Shown one piece after another: positions 62,898 through 64,000 of a stretch of 64,000 bases of DNA. The notes under the pieces were generated by a model. That model was not told where the DNA came from. It ran no database searches and worked only from the letters and a program-made list of their open reading frames with translations. Where the stretch lies: the NCBI GenBank assembly GCA_008690995.1, contig VRMN01000001.1, forward strand, positions 2,356,001 through 2,420,000, in the 5' to 3' direction. The translations under genes were made by a program, and so were the position numbers. This stretch comes from Porphyridium purpureum. Its lineage: Eukaryota. Within the stretch, counting starts at the first letter, position 1. Each line of letters begins with the position of its first letter.

Positions 62898-64000
62898 TTA
62901 AGAATTATACGGAAGAGGTGGTGTCCATTGGATCCTGGAAGGATCAACAAGAAGGCCACGCGATCCTAGCTTCATTTTCATCACGCGACGCATGTCAATG
63001 ATGTGAAGTCCCTCGTAGTACTGAATAAGTTCGAGAACCTGCAACGTCCCAATGATATCTTCTGTCTTCATCATGGTGCGATCGCGGATAGCCTCGATAC
63101 TGATGCTGCCGCTGGTCTCATTCTTGAGCAAGTCGATGAGCAGCTGCGACCAGAAGCTGCGATACCCGAGCAAACCCAGGTCTGAAAGAGGCTTTTCAGG
63201 TGAGCCGACCTTGTTTTCTAACTTGCTCAGCTCGTAGCTGAATGAAATGAGGAACTTGCCGTAGCCCTTGCGCTGAAACGCCGGCAGCGTCAGAATGCAC
63301 GCGACGTTGTAGTTTTCCTCAGACTGCTTCTCTTTGCTAAAATAACCGACGAGATGATGACCCTGCTCATCGCTCTCGGTCATGATGTAGAAAAGGAACG
63401 GGTCCACGTCGTAGTACAAGGTCTTGTGGTCCAAAAACAGTTTCGCAATGTAGCACAAGTTGCGACAATATGTGCGATTCTTCTCGCCGTCAATTTCCCA
63501 CATACTTACATTATCCTTGCGATAGATTTCAATGCCGAGCGGGTGTCGGATCACGCAACGCTTGGAATGACGGATTAGTGCGTCGTGCGTGTGTAACATT
63601 TTCAAGCAAAACTCACAGAAGAACACGCGCGAGCAACCCTCAAACTCCTCAGGAAATGGCGAGTAGTACCATGCGTTCATTTCGTGCTTCCCGAGCACAA
63701 TTGTCGATATATTCTTCACATGGTGCGCATGGTCGTCGTGCCCACCTGTCGACGCGGCCGTCCCGCTCCGGCTCTTCTTCTTCTTCGCACTGCCATCGCC
63801 CGCTTCACTTTCCCGCTTACGTTTACCATCACTGGACAACGCCGCTGCTCCCTTTGCTTGAGGCGCTATGTTTTCCTTGCCGCGACCTCCGGTCGTCGGC
63901 GATGCTGGCTCATCATTTGAATCATTCGGTCGCTCCGTGTCTGAACCCTCCGGATACGTATTTTTGGCCGAGTCTTTCTTTTTCCCCTTGCCACTCTTCT
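62898..64000 (-). CDS. MYST-family histone acetyltransferase (MOF/Esa1/HAM type), 5' end outside the window
   Basis: WYYSPFP, C2HC finger CEFC...H..RC, FLDHKTLYYDVDPF, NVACILTLP.FQRKGYG and GSPEKPLSDLG; the frame stays open to the window end. Confidence 0.95.
   Translation of the reverse strand, partial: KSGKGKKKDSAKNTYPEGSDTERPNDSNDEPASPTTGGRGKENIAPQAKGAAALSSDGKRKRESEAGDGSAKKKKSRSGTAASTGGHDDHAHHVKNISTIVLGKHEMNAWYYSPFPEEFEGCSRVFFCEFCLKMLHTHDALIRHSKRCVIRHPLGIEIYRKDNVSMWEIDGEKNRTYCRNLCYIAKLFLDHKTLYYDVDPFLFYIMTESDEQGHHLVGYFSKEKQSEENYNVACILTLPAFQRKGYGKFLISFSYELSKLENKVGSPEKPLSDLGLLGYRSFWSQLLIDLLKNETSGSISIEAIRDRTMMKTEDIIGTLQVLELIQYYEGLHIIDMRRVMKMKLGSRGLLVDPSRIQWTPPLPYNS

Noticed and set aside
1..64000. 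Prokaryotic operon, defence system, tRNA/rRNA or biosynthetic gene cluster
   Set aside because: Gene content is eukaryotic and functionally mixed; no such signatures were recognised by eye, though small RNAs could be missed without covariance searches

Overview
This is gene-dense, almost intron-free, GC-rich eukaryotic nuclear DNA. Several proteins have M(A/G)F-type plastid transit peptides, there is a nuclear cyanobacterial-type ClpP3, and only one clear spliceosomal intron is visible. These point to a unicellular red alga (Porphyridium-like; this is inference). About 29 protein genes are recognisable. They include Sec15 (partial, missed by the ORF track), a TPR protein, RPC9, eIF3j, Rix1/PELP1, uS17m, glutaminyl cyclase, a CPBP protease, DnaJ, a PiT transporter, ARD, DCAF11, a C69 peptidase, an MFS transporter, ClpP, Vps60, GT92, NAD-IDH, an Oca6-like protein, an SDR and a MYST HAT (partial). 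The most notable items are: (1) a secreted M14 zinc carboxypeptidase fused to a Hedgehog-type Hint autoprocessing domain; (2) a split PEHE-motif (MSL1/KANSL1-like) protein in the same window as a MOF-type MYST acetyltransferase; (3) a tandem family of three small orphan ORFs sharing a conserved HAPAR-T-C/basic C-terminus inside a gene-poor island; (4) a membrane-anchored beta-solenoid/pentapeptide-repeat protein; (5) a type II membrane methyltransferase-like protein; (6) a recurring GTACA(G/C) motif clustered upstream of genes. No rRNA, tRNA, CRISPR array or intact transposon was recognised. All family assignments come from motif recognition by eye, not from database searches.
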